A DNA stretch of 63,421 nucleotides, counting the filler, from Craspedostauros australis (Eukaryota): the NCBI GenBank assembly GCA_030167865.1. It is 5 parts of 5 records of this genome, joined end to end, with 100 filler letters (N's around TTAATTAATTAA, not from the genome) between each part and the next. Parts side by side here need not be neighbours in the genome. Positions count along the whole stretch, not along the records: positions 28,000 to 50,369 come from JALAGF010002769.1; positions 50,470 to 52,183 come from JALAGF010002773.1; positions 52,284 to 59,832 come from JALAGF010002774.1; 2 more parts are not named here. One strand, 5' to 3'. Shown here piece after piece: positions 47,005 through 57,563 of this stretch (the stretch's first letter is position 1; each line of letters starts with the position of its first letter). Position numbers and translations under genes: made by a program. Below the pieces are notes generated by a model. That model saw nothing but the letters and a program-made list of their open reading frames with translations, did no database searches and was not told the origin of the DNA.

Positions 47005-48407
47005 ATGAGATCGATTGCTTCCAACCTGGCCACGTTGGTGGCTCCATTGGTGATTCCGCTGATGGTCACAATCCCATCGATGGATGCATTCATCATTGTC
47101 ACGTCACCAATGGTCGTGCATCAATCAAGCCATCAATCAAGCTATCACAGACACGATGATCAACCCAGAAGCATCATCATCAACAACAACTGTGCGACGA
47201 GCACAGCGATGAATGCTGCCAAGGCAACGGCAGATGAAAATGGATGGGATATTCCAGATCCATCATCGCTGCCACCGCTGTATCAATCATCATTGAATAG
47301 CAATGCCAATGGAAATGCCAATAACAAGGGCAAGGGCAAAAGTCGCAGCAAACCCATCAAGCAACTTCCCAATGGAGGCACCATCACCATGGTGGGATCG
47401 GGACCAGGCGATCCCAACCTCCTCACGGTCTCGGCGTACAAGCTGCTCACCGAGGCAACTTCCAACACGCTCGTCATCTGCGATCGACTGGTCAGCAAGG
47501 AGATCCTGGATCTGATTTCGGATGATGCAGAGCAGAAGATCGCGCGGAAATTGCCAGGATGTGCGAATCTGGCGCAGAATGAGATCTACAAGTGGGCGCA
47601 TGAAGGGTTGCAGAAGGGAATGGAAGTGATCCGATTGAAGATCGGTGATCCGTTCGTGTTTGGCCGTGGTGGCGAAGAGGTGTTGCAATTCCGAGACTAC
47701 GGCATCGAACCCAGCGTCATTCCGGTGAGTGTTCACATGTGCGAGCATGATATCACAAGGCCTCGCCACTTGTATTCCAGTTGGTCGAGCGCGGTTGGAC
47801 TGCCATTCATTCACTCACCATCCATCAATCTCATCAATGCTCACATTATCGTTCACATCAACGTTCACATCAACGTTCTCCTTTGTGCTGTTCCATACCA
47901 CCAATATTCACATTCCACGATCGCTCTCCATCGCAGGGCGTTTCGGCAGCATTCTCGGCACCATTGCTGGGTTCCATCCCTGTCACCCACCGTGGTGTCG
48001 CCAACCAGGTCGTCATGTGCACCGGATACGGACGGGAAGGAACCTCGCCTGATCTCATCCAATACCATCCAGAACAGACCATCGTCTTCCTCATGGCCGT
48101 GGGCCGTCTCACAGAGCTTTCGGAACGGCTGCAGCGACTCGCGGGATACCCAGCAGACACAGCAGTCGGAATCATCGAACGAGCCGGCTGTCCCGAGCAA
48201 CGAACGGTGGTTGGTGATCTGAGCAACATCGGTGCTATCGCCAAGGAATACAATGTGCAGGCACCGTCGACGATCGTGGTTGGGAACGTGGTTCGGGTGT
48301 TGTTGGCAGACGACGATGAGATGGAAGGCGGCGAAGCGAGCGTGCTGCAAGGCCTCATCTCGACCTGCAATGATACCGCGGCAGTATCTCCGGCGTTCGC
48401 AGCTTGA
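47005..48407 (+). CDS. UPM1: Uroporphyrinogen-III C-methyltransferase (SUMT; CobA/CysG-A/UPM1 type), predicted plastid-targeted; 2 exons
   Basis: Exon 47005-47724, intron 47725-47936 (GTGAGT..GCAG), exon 47937-48407. Motifs MVGSGPGDPNLLT, DRLVS, VIRLKIGDPFVFGRGGEE, IP|GVSAA, IPVTHRGVA, TIVFLMAV and APSTIVVGNVV. A hydrophobic signal ends SMDA-F, matching the ASAFAP-type motif. Confidence 0.95.
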
Positions 48408-48950
48408 GTTGTGTTTGCGAGACGCATTGGTGCGACCTATGCCATACTTGCACGAACACAAGTGTAGTACTCGTATATGCGAGTAGAGTACGAGCCACAT
48501 GGGTACATGCTGACAGTTTTGCATTCCGTCATCATCATCGCATGGCACAGCGTAGAGAGTCGGCTGATTCCCCGCAGAAGTAGTGTACCATGCCATACAA
48601 CTACGATACGAATAAATAGAGACGAACGTTCGCATGACATGGTGCGGAACATGAATTGCAACTGCCTATGGCAAGTACGAGTATGAAACCAGCCATCCGT
48701 TCATTCATACGCAAGAGATGACCACTCGTCGACAACACTATTGCGACTCGAAGAAGGTCTTCGTGTAGTAGAGAACGGTGATTCATTCGGTTACTTCACT
48801 TTACGACTATGTATGGTACGAGTATGGTACTGATCCCACTCTTGTGACATCCAGAGGGGTTCAGCAAGTGTACGTGTATCACACCTCATCTCGTCTCATC
48901 TCAGTTCGAGTTCTAATAGGGACTACCACGACATATTCATAGTGTCTTGC

Positions 48951-50135
48951 TCACAACTTACACTCCTCGCACTCCTCCAACCCTTCGAACCAATTCACCA
49001 GGTACGTGTTGTAGATGAAGCATCCCAGACAGAAACCGACGCTCGATTCCAGCCAGGTGGCGACGTTGCATGTCAGCACCACGCTCGCGATCAAAGGCTT
49101 GTACAAGTCCTTGTCCATCTCCTTGCGGAGCACGAACAACGTCAAGCATGTGCATGCCAACGTGAGACCGATCAACCAAGCAAAGCGCTTTGGTCTGGCC
49201 GGTTTCCAGTACGGTCCCTCGGGATGGAGCAGGATGGAGAGAAGGGTGCCAGCGATGCCGATCGGTGCCAGCGGCGTCAGACCGAACACCATGCTGCTCA
49301 GGAACTCCCATGCCACCAGCGGGAACAGCACCTGGACGTAGATCTTGTCGTTCCAGAAGAATACGTTCATCAGGGCGATCCACGTGATGACGTTGAGGAG
49401 ACCAGCTCGGGCGCGCACCGCGTGCTCGTCCATGTAGATCTCATCCGGCTTGTCGGGGTTGACGTTGCTGTGTCCGAGGTCCCACCAGTTGCCGTACTTG
49501 CCACGGATGATGAATCTGTCCATGTTGGACATGGGCTGTGCCTTGTCCATGCCGGTGTGACCGTGAACGCCAGCTCCACCAGCAGCATCCTTGTCCCCCC
49601 ATGGGAAGTTGTCGCATTGGATGTCGTTGGGCAGGAGGTGACGAGCGTTGGTCACCACTGGCACGCTCTTCAGCAGGTCATCCGAGCTGACGTTGGCGTC
49701 CATGCCAAACTCAGGTCCCACCTGATTCCGGAGGATCATCAGGGCAGGGATGGTCTTAAGGCCGAACAGATCTCTCATGGTCGCGGTCTTCTCCAGGTCG
49801 TACGGCATCACGTCGATCCCGGCCACCTTGTTGCAACTTTGGCGGAAGTTGTCATGGCCGTCGCGGTCGTTGCTGACGAAGATGACCTTGCATCGCTTGT
49901 GTGGTTGGAGGGTCTTGAGTGCGGCAGACACGACGGTGGGTGCGAATTCCTTGCAGTGGGGACAGTAGTTGGCACCGATGAATACGGCGATGTAGTCGTA
50001 GAGGTCTGTGTCGAATGCCTGTTGGGTTGGGATGAGAGTGATGGGACATTCCTCAGCATGGCACTCACTTTGATTTTGCTGGATGGATGGACCAAAGAGG
50101 GCGATGCGCCAGTCCTGGTTGTTGTCCTCGCTCAT
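48951..50135 (-). CDS. Nucleoredoxin/tryparedoxin-type thioredoxin domain fused to a DUF4395-like multi-pass membrane domain
   Basis: 394-aa intronless ORF. N-terminal half: GANYCPHCKEF, VIFVSND, IPALMIL, FPW. C-terminal half: MDEHAVRARAG, PKRFAWLIG, LESSVGFCLGCFIY, about four hydrophobic segments and terminal ECEECKL. Confidence 0.85.
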   Translation of the reverse strand: MSEDNNQDWRIALFGPSIQQNQSECHAEECPITLIPTQQAFDTDLYDYIAVFIGANYCPHCKEFAPTVVSAALKTLQPHKRCKVIFVSNDRDGHDNFRQSCNKVAGIDVMPYDLEKTATMRDLFGLKTIPALMILRNQVGPEFGMDANVSSDDLLKSVPVVTNARHLLPNDIQCDNFPWGDKDAAGGAGVHGHTGMDKAQPMSNMDRFIIRGKYGNWWDLGHSNVNPDKPDEIYMDEHAVRARAGLLNVITWIALMNVFFWNDKIYVQVLFPLVAWEFLSSMVFGLTPLAPIGIAGTLLSILLHPEGPYWKPARPKRFAWLIGLTLACTCLTLFVLRKEMDKDLYKPLIASVVLTCNVATWLESSVGFCLGCFIYNTYLVNWFEGLEECEECKL

Positions 50136-50369
50136 GTTTGCGTGGTCGATTGTTTGGTTTGGTTGGGCTGTGTGTGTGTGTATTGATGTGTTTGCGTTTG
50201 CAGTTGTGCTGGGGTTGTTGTTTTTATGAGAACGATGATGATCATGGACACAGAGAGGGTATGAACATTGCTGAATGGAAGAGATCTGACATGAACTATC
50301 GCGAAAGTGCCAACGATTGGCCTATCGCGGTACAAATCAACAAACATAAACACACGTGAGCGCGAGTAG

Positions 50370-50469
50370 NNNNNNNNNNNNNNNNNNNNNNNNNNNNNNN
50401 NNNNNNNNNNNNNTTAATTAATTAANNNNNNNNNNNNNNNNNNNNNNNNNNNNNNNNNNNNNNNNNNNN
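50370..50469. other. Artificial assembly linker
   Basis: N44-TTAATTAATTAA-N44. Confidence 0.97.
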
Positions 50470-52183
50470 CACGTGTTTCGGTTCTCCTGATGGGGTGATC
50501 ACAGACCTGCTGGTCATCGATGTTTCTCCTGTGACGTCGTTGTTTGGATTGTCACGATGTCATGTTTGATGTTGGGACATCCTGTTTTTGCGTCGTCATG
50601 GTTTTTCTTGTTAGAGGAGGACAGGCTTGTTTTCTTGTCAAGACTGAGATCAGTCACGTTTGTCTTGAGTCACAGGTGTGATCAACAAGACTCAAAGGTG
50701 TGATCAACAGGAGTTGATTTCAGTCGTGATTGATAATTTTGGGAGGTGCGGCAATCATGGGTATCTTGACAAAGTCGTNNNNNCGATTCCTAACACCCTT
50801 CCATTGTCGCATCGACAACATATCATTCTGACTTCATACTCCCTTGACTCTCATCACCATTACTTCTTTCTCTCTCTCTCTCTCTCTCTTATCACCTTTA
50901 CTTCTCTCTCTCTCTTTCTTTCTTCACCTTCACTTCCCTCTCTCTCACCATCGTCATCAATCCATTGCTAACCGCAATCAGATGATGTGGCTCTTGTGTT
51001 TTCAACCCGATGTTGTTCATCAGTTGAGTTTGGAAGCGGATCTCATTTCCAGCTTCCTATAGTGCGACGTGCTCTGCCTCCGTTGAGCTGAGTGTCACAC
51101 TGTGCTGTGCCCTCGATCTTCAGATGATCGGCACTCCTTGTAGTAGGACGATATGTCCTCCCATGCTGATGCGATTGTCCTTGTTACCACCGAATTCGTT
51201 GTTGGTGTAGATCACAATCTTTCATGCATCGTTCTCCAATTGACTTGGCTTCATCCGTAGTCCATATTCTTTCCTGCGTTGGCGATGTCGGGTTGCGAGT
51301 GCTCCATTTGATATAGCAGCATACCTACTCCACTTCAGTATCTGCTGTGTTGGTCTCTGTCCACCTTGGGCGAATCGCTATCCCTCTTGGATGCTTTACC
51401 CTGGTGTTCCTGGTGTACCGTACCATTGCAGTTGCATCACGTCGTGGTTGGATACGATCTGTTGCCACTGGAGCTGTCATTGTCTCCTGTGCAGTTGCGT
51501 AGCCATCGTCATTTCCTGATTCTGATGCTTCGTTCGTCACCCTCATTGGGTATTAGCATATTGTGATAAGCTGCCAGCTCTGTCGCCGTGTTGCCTTGCA
51601 ACCATGTTGTCGATCGCCTTCATCCTCTTCTGGATAGCATCGATTCTGTATGCTGCAGCTTCTTTGTCATGGGAGTTATTGGTGGCCTCCTGCCATTCAT
51701 CCTCCATTCATCTGAGGTTCCTCCCTTCCAGCTCTGTCATTCGATTCTTCATCCGACATGCCCGCATTTCTCATTGCTTGTGTATCGACGTATCTTGACT
51801 CACTGTATCTAGAGTCTGCCTTCCGTGGCTTTTGCTCTCATAGCTGTGTCCTCTCCAGATCCGAGTCTCTCTCGTCGATTTCATTCTCATCGCACACCGA
51901 TCTCATATCTGTGCTTGTGGTATCTCGCCGATCATTCGGCGTCCGGTTCCTCTTGATCATCTGCCATGCTCATGCTGTGGCCATATTACTGAACCGTTCC
52001 ATCATGGCGTCTCGCCATTCATTGCTCTTCTCGGAATCCATATGACTCCGTCATTCGTCAATTGTGGTTGGATCCAGCATCATTGCGTCATTTGCTTGCT
52101 CGGATCCCTCTCTGTTATGTTGATAGTTCAATGCTTGGTTCACAGTGATGAAGTCACCCAAGCTCATCCTCTCATGAGTGGTG
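50470..52183 (-). mobile_element. Decayed Ty1/Copia LTR retrotransposon (RT and RNase H remnants, purine tract, probable 3' LTR)
   Basis: Minus-strand translation gives EWRDAMMERFSNM..*AWQMIKR..PNDRR (RT start, ~52030-51925), RY*SGVGMLLYQMEHSQPDIANA (~51343-51275) and IYTNNEFGGNKDNRISMGG..GVPII*RSRAQHSVTLSSTEAEHVAL* (RNase H, ~51215-51057). The purine tract GGAAGGG is followed by TGTTAG at 50795, the likely LTR start. Confidence 0.9.
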
Positions 52184-52283
52184 NNNNNNNNNNNNNNNNN
52201 NNNNNNNNNNNNNNNNNNNNNNNNNNNTTAATTAATTAANNNNNNNNNNNNNNNNNNNNNNNNNNNNNNNNNNNNNNNNNNNN
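52184..52283. other. Artificial assembly linker
   Basis: N-TTAATTAATTAA-N. Confidence 0.95.
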
Positions 52284-53359
52284 GTTGGCATGGCTTGGGT
52301 TCTTGGCGTGACATGCTTCTTCTTCCACTCTCGATCCCACTTCCACATGAGCTACATACTTGCTCTGTAGATGAAGTTGACTTGGAAGGAAGGGAGGGAG
52401 GAGGTAGTGTCAATTGGCAGTGTTGTCAACAAGTTTCTGAATGAGTTGTGTTGAGAGTCGAGCATGGATTGCCACACAAGAAACCAACGCTCCTCCTCGT
52501 TGCCAACAACGCGAATAGACCACAGATCAAAGTACTCAAGTTTTGGCATTATCGTCCTTATTTTTGAACAGTGGCCACTGTTTTGACAGAAATAAACAAG
52601 AAGAGACAAGAATCATGAGATGATTCGCGTACAAGAGATGCAAAAAGAGAGAGATCTTGACAATCGAATCAATCATTTTGGTTCAGATTGGGCAAAAAAG
52701 CGAAAAACCATGTTGGTACCATGAGGAAACAAACAGTTTGACGAAACAGTGCGAGAAACAGGGAAGGAAGAAAGCGAATCGTGACGTCACATGGGCATTG
52801 CAAAGACCTAAATCCCCACGAAAGTGGCTGTCTCCATTGCGTCCAGACAAGTTTCAATAGCGGGGCTCCCCCTGGAATTCGGACAGCCCGGCGTGTCCCA
52901 GTACCCAAGTTCTGGGGCCACTCGAACCCCTCTATTATGAGCAGAGCAGTAGGCCGTTCAGTTAGCACGACAATTCTCCGCATGCAAATTGTCCGTTCAA
53001 GACAGTCTGTCTACACATGCGTAGTCGCGCGAGAACGGTTCTCCAAGGGGTCTAACTTAGGCACAATTCACAAACAATCATGGTGACCACGCAACCACAT
53101 CACAATGGCCAAAACGACACACACAACCAAGGGGCAGAGCGGAAGAAAGTCCGTAATAGAAAACACAAAGCAAACACAGAGAGAAGATACCTCGACGCAG
53201 GCTTCAAAGACCGGGATCCAGACACCCTTCATTGCGCATTCTTCACAAAGGATAGGGCGCGCTGCATCAGCATTGAACGTCGTCCCATTCGTACGACTAG
53301 AAAGGCTGATCTCCAATCGCACACGCCTCCTACGCTAGGCCGATGTTGAACCTCCGAAC

Positions 53360-54859
53360 ATGGACAGCCAGCCCAAGCGTCATCGCTGCCGATGGCGACT
53401 GGCTTTCGTTGGTCTCGCGCTGATCGTTTCGATCTGCCAGAACTTCTCCTTGCGCGTCGTCTCCCTCTCTCCCACGGTGGCCTATCAGAGCATCGCGCAG
53501 CAAGCATCCGATGGTCTTGGGTTGACCTCCGCATCCAGCTCTGAGGTGGGAGGACCAAGAGCGCTGAGCGGGGAGAGGATACTCATGACGGTCCTGTCGT
53601 ACGATCACGGCCAGGCCAGACGTCTGCATCGTCTGCTGGAATCAGTCCGATCCATCTGCGAAGCTGGTGCGTCTCTCGATGTCCTCATCCTTTCGACGAT
53701 TCCATGGCCTTTGGAGCGGATCCGGTTGGCGGAATCGACGTTGCAATGTCATCGGGGTGGAGTGGATATCGCTGACACTCCGTCCATCACCCTCGAAATC
53801 CAGCTCTACTCTCCACGCCGTGCCAAGCGGTTGGTGAATGTGCACAAGCAGCTATTTTATGACAGATTGGAGGGTGCGGCGTATCAACAGCATCCCTACA
53901 CGCTGTATGTTTACACCGAGGAGGACCAATTGATCAGTCCGCGGCATGTATCCGCCTACTTGAGAGAGACGCGCCAATTGGAAGCCTTCTTGTCAGCCAC
54001 AACAACAAGTGCGCGCACGGGTACAGATACAGCGATCCCAGCTGCACGAGAGGCCGATGCAGATATCGACACGAACGATGGCGTGCTTGATTCCGAACTA
54101 GCAGGAACTGGCACCAACTCGCTCACCGCTGCAGGACCTCAATACCAGGATTATAGCATCGGCTTCATGCGATTTGAATGGGAGCTGATCAAGACGGGAA
54201 AGGAGGACGACAAAGACGACCACCCAGCTCGATTCCCTAACCAAATGATATGGGAGCACAACTGGAATATATCATCCACCGAGGCGTTCCTGGAGCAACA
54301 CGTGATCGCAATCACCAATGCCAACGGCGATATGCGATATTACTTCAGTCCCAAGGGTGACCACCATCAGGGGATGTACATGGCCACGCCTCCCTTGTTG
54401 CGAGCATGGAGAGACCGGCCACCGAGCTGTCGCTTCAATGAGACCGTGTCATCGGGCAATCCCAGAGAACACGGCAGCAGCCTGCATCTGTACAATCGCA
54501 ACAAGGGTTGCAACGTCACGCAGCTCTTCCCGCTGTCATCCAGCTTTCATGACCTTCTGGTCCATCACATGAGCAACCACCAGCACCTGATTCTGCACAA
54601 ATTCTTGCCCAAGTGGAAAACGTTGCATATGATCACCGCGCAGCAATTGGACGGCATGGTGTTGGCAGCATCGCATGTGGTTGGGCGTGGCTCTTCACAC
54701 GAACATGTTGGTGGTCGTCAAGATGAAGACAAGCAAGTGGTCACCATGAAGGACATGGAATCGGCAGAGAGATACGAAAATGATGAACGCTCACCACCTG
54801 ATCTCTCATACTACCATGAGTATGTGAAGCAGCGTCTGTCAGTGGACATTGAATCATGA
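53360..54859 (+). CDS. Hypothetical type II membrane/secretory protein, possibly GT-A glycosyltransferase-like
   Basis: 499-aa ORF with an N-terminal anchor (LAFVGLALIVSI), ILMTVLSYD, a DxD-like YVYTEEDQLI motif, HQGMYMAT and late LVHHMSN. The fold assignment is inference. Confidence 0.6.
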   Translation: MDSQPKRHRCRWRLAFVGLALIVSICQNFSLRVVSLSPTVAYQSIAQQASDGLGLTSASSSEVGGPRALSGERILMTVLSYDHGQARRLHRLLESVRSICEAGASLDVLILSTIPWPLERIRLAESTLQCHRGGVDIADTPSITLEIQLYSPRRAKRLVNVHKQLFYDRLEGAAYQQHPYTLYVYTEEDQLISPRHVSAYLRETRQLEAFLSATTTSARTGTDTAIPAAREADADIDTNDGVLDSELAGTGTNSLTAAGPQYQDYSIGFMRFEWELIKTGKEDDKDDHPARFPNQMIWEHNWNISSTEAFLEQHVIAITNANGDMRYYFSPKGDHHQGMYMATPPLLRAWRDRPPSCRFNETVSSGNPREHGSSLHLYNRNKGCNVTQLFPLSSSFHDLLVHHMSNHQHLILHKFLPKWKTLHMITAQQLDGMVLAASHVVGRGSSHEHVGGRQDEDKQVVTMKDMESAERYENDERSPPDLSYYHEYVKQRLSVDIES

Positions 54860-55069
54860 TGGAGGTTAGGTTGCCCCCAGTACGAGAGTATGGTTTGGTG
54901 TTTGTCCAGGGGATGAAAGGGAGTGCACGAGTTGTTGACTGGTATGTAGTTGTGGTAGAGTAAACGTACTTGTGCTCCTATGTTAAGTGATCAAGGTATT
55001 AGAATTTGGCGGAGACTACGGTAATGGCCACCTCTCACTCACTCGCATGCTGGTAGTGTTGGATGTGAA

Positions 55070-56728
55070 TCATCGCCTCCGCTTCTTCCGCTTTGGGACC
55101 TTGATGATGATCTCCTCGTCCTCTTCATCTGACGACGCATCGTTCTGAACTTCGTCGTCACCGTCGCTCTCTTCGTTGTCATCGCCGTCGTCGCTCGCCT
55201 CGTCGCTGTCTTCGTCATCGCTGCCACCACGGCGCTGTGGTTGCCGACCCCCCATATTGTCAGCGGACGCATCGCTGCTTGCATCCTCGTCGCTATCGTC
55301 GTCGTCATCATCATCATCATCATCATCATCACTACTTTCATCGCTGTCACTATCATTCTTGACCGACGTGGATGGGTTGAGCATACCGTTCATACCTGCG
55401 TCGCTGTAGTCGTCGTCATCGTTGCCTTCATCGTCCGAGTTGACGTAGTCTTCAACGACGTCATCCTCATCGCGATCGTACTTGTCCGGATTTCCCATCG
55501 GAACGTTGCCTACATCCCACGATTCGTCGTTGCCAAACAGCACGCAATTCAGACGTTGTTTGAGGTAGATGCAATGCAGCTGCCGCTGATCGTTGGTGTC
55601 GTAGATGCGCAGCATGCGATCCAATCCCACAATGGCAAGTCGCGGCAATGTCGGGTGCTTCTTCATTTGTCGGATGGACCCAGCGGGACCGACGTAGCGA
55701 TTCATGACGTTGCTGAAATTGGTTTTCAAATCTCGCTTCATCTTGCGGATATCCAACGAGTACGCGTACCCGGCCGCATCGCCAACGACCAGATCGTACG
55801 GGCCGGTTTGACAGAGGCTGGTGATGCGGTATTCGAACAACCCTTCGGGCGTGGCGGCGACGGGTCGACGGACTTTGGACTGCTCGCGGACATCGTACAG
55901 CCGCACCTGCTTGTAGGCCGTGCCGACCGCCATGATGTTCGCTTCCGTCTCCGGATTCCAAAATGCGACCGCGGATGGCCACACGGGTTGTTGCAGCAGC
56001 GTTTGCGGATCCGGCGGCAGATTCTTCGCCTTGAATACCTGCTTGCCAGTTTGCGCATCGATCAGCGTCGTCTCGCGCTCCCTCCCGCCAACGGCGATGC
56101 GGTTGTGCACGTGGTCGCAACAGAATGCCGTGGCCAGATGTTTGTTTTCCCATTTTCCGGGCGTGTACGATATCGTCGACGATCGCTTGGATTTGTGGTA
56201 CGCGTTGTACTGCTGCACGACGGTCGCCTGCTTGTTGGTGTTGAGAATGCACACGTTTCCGGCCTTGTCGGCGGCGCACAACCTATCCTCGCTGATGTAC
56301 CCCAACCCCAGCGGGCGTGCAATGCCGTCCTCCTGGCATTTCGCAAAGACGTTGGTGGAAGCGTACTCGCGTTCGTACAGCCCGAACGTTTGCAACCCAT
56401 CGTCCTTCTTCGGCTCCTGCTTCCAAAGCTCCACCGTGCCATCCACGCGCAGATTCGCAAACGATGTGCGTTGTGACGTTGCATCAGTGCCATCACCGCT
56501 GCTCCCTGCATTCGGTGAACTCACGAACACCATGTCGACAACTCCTCGTCTTCTCGTCTGCTCTTCCGTCGCATCGATGCGTGAGACGCCATCCTTGGCA
56601 ACGCGCGCCAGATCGCTCTTGAACTGATCATCACCTTCACCGATGCCCATAGCCTTCATCTTGTCGCGGGATATTTCAGGAATCGTTTCCTTCAGCAAGC
56701 CGCACTCATCGCCTGTCATCAACCTCAT
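55070..56728 (-). CDS. WDR74: WD40 ribosome-biogenesis protein Nsa1/WDR74
   Basis: TGDECGLLK, AVGGRE, FKAKNLPPD..LQQPVW, VRLYD, GSIR..HP, GLDRMLRIYD and IYLKQRL; acidic tail and terminal NLS-like KRKKRRR. Confidence 0.9.
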   Translation of the reverse strand: MRLMTGDECGLLKETIPEISRDKMKAMGIGEGDDQFKSDLARVAKDGVSRIDATEEQTRRRGVVDMVFVSSPNAGSSGDGTDATSQRTSFANLRVDGTVELWKQEPKKDDGLQTFGLYEREYASTNVFAKCQEDGIARPLGLGYISEDRLCAADKAGNVCILNTNKQATVVQQYNAYHKSKRSSTISYTPGKWENKHLATAFCCDHVHNRIAVGGRERETTLIDAQTGKQVFKAKNLPPDPQTLLQQPVWPSAVAFWNPETEANIMAVGTAYKQVRLYDVREQSKVRRPVAATPEGLFEYRITSLCQTGPYDLVVGDAAGYAYSLDIRKMKRDLKTNFSNVMNRYVGPAGSIRQMKKHPTLPRLAIVGLDRMLRIYDTNDQRQLHCIYLKQRLNCVLFGNDESWDVGNVPMGNPDKYDRDEDDVVEDYVNSDDEGNDDDDYSDAGMNGMLNPSTSVKNDSDSDESSDDDDDDDDDDDDSDEDASSDASADNMGGRQPQRRGGSDDEDSDEASDDGDDNEESDGDDEVQNDASSDEEDEEIIIKVPKRKKRRR

Positions 56729-57563
56729 GTTGGCGTCCCTTCTTGATGATGTGGAAATATGCGTAGAGCGCGTGCAGAGTCACTGCTTCTGCAGGGCGAG
56801 TAGTTGATGCCTTGCCTTGCCTGGCCTTGTGTTGTCTTCCCTTGCCTCTTCTTTGCACAATTGACACGAAACAGCAGCGCTTTCAAGTTGGATCTTTTGC
56901 GATACTGGAGCGGAAAGCTGAACTGTTCGAAGTGTTGCCGATGAGGTTGTTGCTGATGGCCAACTGCAGCCCATGATCGTGAACCATCAAGTTCCAGTTT
57001 TGCGTTCATTTGTTTTCGCGCGTTTTTTGGTTGGTTGTTCTAGTTTGACGGTCGGCGGACGAACCAAACGCGGCGAATCAGTTTCTAGAGAGTTGCAGAA
57101 GAATAGACTTGCGTCTACCTTCGTATCATTCATCTGACGTAATCACGAATAGCTTGACACCAACTTGACACGATCGCAGCCACGACGACAACAGCCCAAG
57201 CATCCCACAGTCAAGTAGCTTGTGCATTGTGTTGCGAGGGTGGAGCCTTGGGGCCGCTGCACTGTCAATGGCGTACTTGCACAAGTACAGAATACATAGA
57301 GTAGAATAGTGTGCTTTGCCCAGTACCCACTAGCAGAGAGTACGGAGAGAGAGCATCTGCAAAACTGTCCAACTATGTAATCGTACTGTTACGGACAACA
57401 CCTGATCCATTGAAGATCTGTGAAGGATGAAAGGGCCTATGAGCGAACCCGACGGGATGGGTCGATCAAGCGAGAAGCTACAGGATGCCTTCATGGCAGT
57501 GCCCACTTCGCTTGAACATCCACCACGACAATCGGACGTGGAGTCGGCAGAGGCTGGCTGTGC

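Noticed and set aside
47725..48222. Apparent frameshift between ORFs 47005-48222 and 47781-48407
   Set aside because: Resolved by a canonical intron at 47725-47936.
47005..48407. SUMT as evidence of cobalamin biosynthesis
   Set aside because: No other cob/cbi genes are present; a plastid presequence and an intron fit the ordinary siroheme pathway.
48942..50186. 414-aa antisense ORF over the thioredoxin fusion; similar shadow ORFs overlie WDR74, the helicase and the macrodomain
   Set aside because: Typical antisense open frames caused by GC-rich codon bias; no independent domain signal.
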